A stretch of DNA of 64,000 bases from Mesotaenium endlicherianum (taxonomy: Eukaryota). This document shows positions 60,585 through 64,000 of the stretch, in pieces. Position numbers and translations under genes: made by a program. Position 1 is the stretch's first letter; every line of letters starts with the position of its first letter. The notes under the pieces are model-generated. The model made no database searches and was not told where the DNA came from. It saw nothing but the letters and a program-made list of their open reading frames with translations. The DNA lies in the NCBI GenBank assembly GCA_009602735.1, contig WELA01003054.1, positions 460,952 to 524,951 of the forward strand, given 5' to 3'.

Positions 60585-61343
60585 ATGGCTCCCAACACAC
60601 AAAAGGAGGACAGAAAGCGCAAGGCAGGATAAGTCAGGAGGACAATGGAGCAATACCAGAAGGAGCTGGCGGCGACGTCCCTCACCAGGAGAGAACAAGA
60701 AAGGGTCCGCAGACAACAAGAGGCGGCAGAAGAAGCACAGAGGAAGAAGGATCAGGAAGCGGAAAACCTCAGGAAAGCTGAGGAGGCGAGACGGAAGAAA
60801 CAACAAGAAGAAGCGGCAGCGGCAGAGGAGGTGAAAAGGAAAAAGATTGAAGCGGACAAATAGAAGAGCTTGGGCACTTACAGGTATACTGTGGTGGGTG
60901 GCCAAAACTTTGATAACCTGAAGGAAGCATTACTGGCAGCCCAGGAGATCAACAAGCGGGAACAGACAACACTGCTACAGAGGGAAGGAGCTACAGCACT
61001 GGACAGGTACATCGAGACACACACCGGCGTGGTCCTTTACGAAGATTATGCTAAGATGGTGGGCTATACAGCAGAGCAGGNATACCTTGCAGATGATTCA
61101 GAAGACAAGCCGGTCTCCATACCAGGAATAGTGGGAGATCAGAGACTCATCCGGATGGTGAGCATGCGACCCGATAGCTTTAAGGATACGGTATTCTACC
61201 TCACACTACTGCCAGCTTACAATGAAGTGGAGAGAAGGAGCTGGGAGTACTTGGCCAGGAAAGCAGGACAGCAGATGTTCTCTCCCCACTGGTTCCCGTG
61301 TAAACCGAGGAAGACTGAGCACGCACCCCAGTACTACCAGCAG
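60585..61343 (+). pseudogene. ORF3 variant b, N-terminal half
   Basis: MAPNTQKEDRKRK, E/K/R/Q-rich helix, YRYTVVG..YIETHTG..LYEDYAKMVGYT..SIPGI..DSFKD..YNEVERRSWEYLAR; one frame, stops at 60630 and 60861. Confidence 0.85.
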
Positions 61344-62820
61344 TGTAGTGATTTGAGTTATTATATATTAGTTTGCATATACTTTAATGTTTTCAAATAT
61401 ATTTGGAGTAGTATTGTGTGGATTCAAGTGTGAATAGGTACTCTAGTGACTTGGTTCATGTCCTTTGAACCTTCTAAGGCATTTTTGAAGTTAGAGGAAA
61501 GACCTAGAAGACCTCCCCGTGGCAAAAGTCAACTGTGCCATTTTTAGGTCAGAAGGACATGTGTACATTATTCTAGAAAGAGGTGGCAAATTTTGGGATG
61601 TGTTGGGTGCCAACACATCAACATACACCTTCCTAGAAGTTACTTATTTAGCAAGTATATAAACAAGAGCTAGAACATAGAAAGACATTCCAGAATCACT
61701 CTTGTACTTGCCAAAATCCAGAAATATATTAACTTTCAAGAAGCCATCTCTCTTTCAAGAAGCTACCACTTGTGTTCAAAGATCCTTGTCTTGAATAGAT
61801 AAAGTATTCTGTTTTACTAAGTACTTTATCTATCTGTTTCACTACAGTGGTATCGGAGCTAGGCACTTTGGTAGCACAAGAAGATGGCCGATCCTCGAGA
61901 CCAACAGCAAGCTTTCGAAGGAAGCCTTTCCTCTCCAAGACACCCTCCTCTAGCGCCGATGGGAGAGCCCACTCAAGAAAATCTGCAACAACGAGAAGCA
62001 CCACAAGGAGGAGTACACCCTCCTCCAGCGTCGATGGGAGAGCCTACTCAAGGAAATCTGCAACAACAAGAAGCACCACAAGGAGGAGCACTGTCAAATC
62101 CCGTGGCAGCCGCTATAGCAAAGTTGACCCCACCACAAGGAGTTCCCGCAAATGAGTGGGCAGCCTTCCTAATGACCGTCCACAACCAAGTGGGCTTGGC
62201 CACCTATGAAGCAACCGTGCAAGCGTCAAGAGAAGCTATGGCTGCCATGGTTGCCCCTATTGCGAGCAATGCTCAAAATCCAGCCCCGGCTCAAGCGCCT
62301 CCACAAGAGCCAACGAGAGCAAGGAAACTCATCAAGCCCGGCAAACCCGACACTTTCAACCCCGGGAAAGGTGCCAACCTGAATTTATGGCTCTACCAAG
62401 TGGAGACGTACCTCGCGTTCCTTGAAGTACCCGAGGAGGACTACGTTCCCTTTGCCGTTACCTTACTTAGAGGAGCAGCAACATCATGGTGGCGTAACTA
62501 TCAAGCGGCTATATATCAAGCTATGGCGCACCCCATGCTCGGCCAAGAGCCCCCACCATCATATGCAAGATGGGCAGATTTTCGTGAGGCCCTCAAGAAG
62601 CAATTCATGCCCATCAATGCGGAGAAGATTGCCCGAGGAAAGCTCCACCATCTCAAGCAAACGACGTCCGTTCAAGAGTATACATCCAAATTTCACGCCC
62701 TCGCTCTTGAGATCCCCAACATGTCTCTCGAGGAGAAGATTGACCGCTACATCTTTGGCCTGAAGCCCAAGGTGGCAAAGGAAGTGGAATTACGCGACTT
62801 AACGGACTTCTCAAGGATCA
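61344..62820 (+). mobile_element. Family A copy A4, 5' part (5' LTR 61344-61846, PBS 61848-61859, gag 61884-62820)
   Basis: A LTR, TGGTATCGGAGCTAGG, gag open up to the inversion breakpoint. Confidence 0.93.
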
Positions 62821-64000
62821 TTGGAATCGAGAAGACGGCAAGCGTGCTGAAGCGGGAGTAGTACTGGAGAAATATGGACAAGGACATCGAGGAGTGGATT
62901 AGGAGTTGCGATGCGTGCCAGCGTAACAAGACACCAGAGCAAAAGAAGGGAGGTACATTGCAGCCCCTACCTATTCCAGAGTATCCTTGGGAGCAGATTG
63001 CTATGGACTTCATCACGTCGTTACCAATGAGTGGTCAAGGGCACGATGCAGTATGGGTTGTGTCTGATAGACTCAGCAAGATGGCTCACTTCATTCCCAT
63101 GAAGGAGACTTTTACGCAAGCAGATGTGGCACTGCTATTCTTTGATCATATTTTTGGGCTACATGGGTTGCCGAAGGTGATTGTTTCAGATCGGGATCCA
63201 AGATTTACTAGCAACTTCTGACGGTCATTGCTTACTTTGATGGGGACCAAGTTGAGTATGAGCACTTCCTATCCTCCTCAGACAGACGGGCAGAGTGAGA
63301 GGTTCAACAGAACTCTGCAAGAGGTGCTCAGGAGTTTCACTATGGAGGACCCTTCAGAGTGGGACAAGAAGTTGCCAGGGTTGGAGCTTGCCTACAACAA
63401 CAGCATGCAGGGATCCACCAAGCAGTCACCATTTGCGATGGTTCATGGGAAAGAAGTATATCATCCAGGGAATATCTTGTTGGAGAAGGCCAAGGAGACT
63501 CAGGTCCCTATTACACAAGCGTTTATGGAGCAAATGGCGAAGACTTGGGACATGGCGAAGACGTGTATCCGGAGGGCACAGGAGGAAAAGGTCAAGTATG
63601 CCAACAAGCACTGGAGGGAAGTGACATACCACGTGGGTAACAAAGTACTCTTGTCAACAGAAAATCTACCTTTCACAGGCAAGAGGAAACTGCGGGCACG
63701 GTTTAATGGTCCCTTTGTGGTGCTCAAGCAGGTGAATCCAGTGACCTACAAGTTGGAGCTTCTTTCAGGCTGGCGTATCCATGATGTGTTCCATGTCAGT
63801 TGTTTGTGGCCATACGTTGACCCGAATGAAGGACATCCAGGATGACTACCTACACGCCACCAACGGTCAAGATCGATGATGTATTGGAGTATGAAGTGGA
63901 GGCGATTGTCGACGATCGACGAGTCAAACGAGGTCAACGACTTGTTCAAGAGTATCTGGTCAAGTGGAAGGGCTACCATGCAGACGACAACACTTGGGAG
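62821..64000 (+). pseudogene. pol: C2 integrase and chromodomain (3' part of C2, runs off the window)
   Basis: [59 protein letters not shown]; continues where the C sequence at 50711 stops. Confidence 0.93.

Larger units (their letters stand above)
54199..61343 (+). mobile_element. Family B copy B2, 5' part (5' LTR 54199-54919, PBS, gag, pol, ORF3b N-half)
   Basis: Collinear with B1 through the chromodomain, then diverges. Confidence 0.94.

Noticed and set aside
16160..61081. Short duplications or indels around single Ns (16160, 20232, 34359, 36139, 46004, 47176, 61081)
   Set aside because: Pattern typical of contig joins; treated as assembly artefacts, not biological frameshifts.
4028..61846. 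Orientation bias of nested insertions
   Set aside because: Nested elements occur in both orientations in similar numbers.

Overview
Eukaryotic, transposon-dense window, with no prokaryotic genes, rRNA, tRNA or CRISPR. A green alga or early streptophyte is a plausible source, but that is inference. Most of it is a nest of chromodomain-bearing Ty3/Gypsy LTR retrotransposons (chromoviruses) from three families: A (~503-bp LTR), B (~715-bp LTR) and C (~744-bp LTR). All three share the PBS TGGTATCGGAGC and a -1 gag-pol frame arrangement. There are also solo or partial LTRs of further families (D, F), an older Ty3 remnant (E), a degenerate piggyBac element (25070-28400) and a possible GC-rich host exon near the left edge. 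Nesting order can be reconstructed from 5-bp TSDs. Main result 1: family B carries a third, sense-strand ORF of ~555 codons between the chromodomain and the 3' LTR. It occurs as two strongly diverged variants on near-identical gag-pol backbones, each preceded by a conserved branch point and splice acceptor, which suggests a spliced accessory nuclear protein of unknown function. Main result 2: a 12.1-kb inversion (50711-62820), supported by three TSD pairs now in inverted orientation, created reciprocal in-frame A/C fusions, including a 1434-aa ORF with two reverse transcriptases. Single Ns with local duplications point to assembly joins, so fine structure needs long-read confirmation. Family names are my own labels; no database searches were run.
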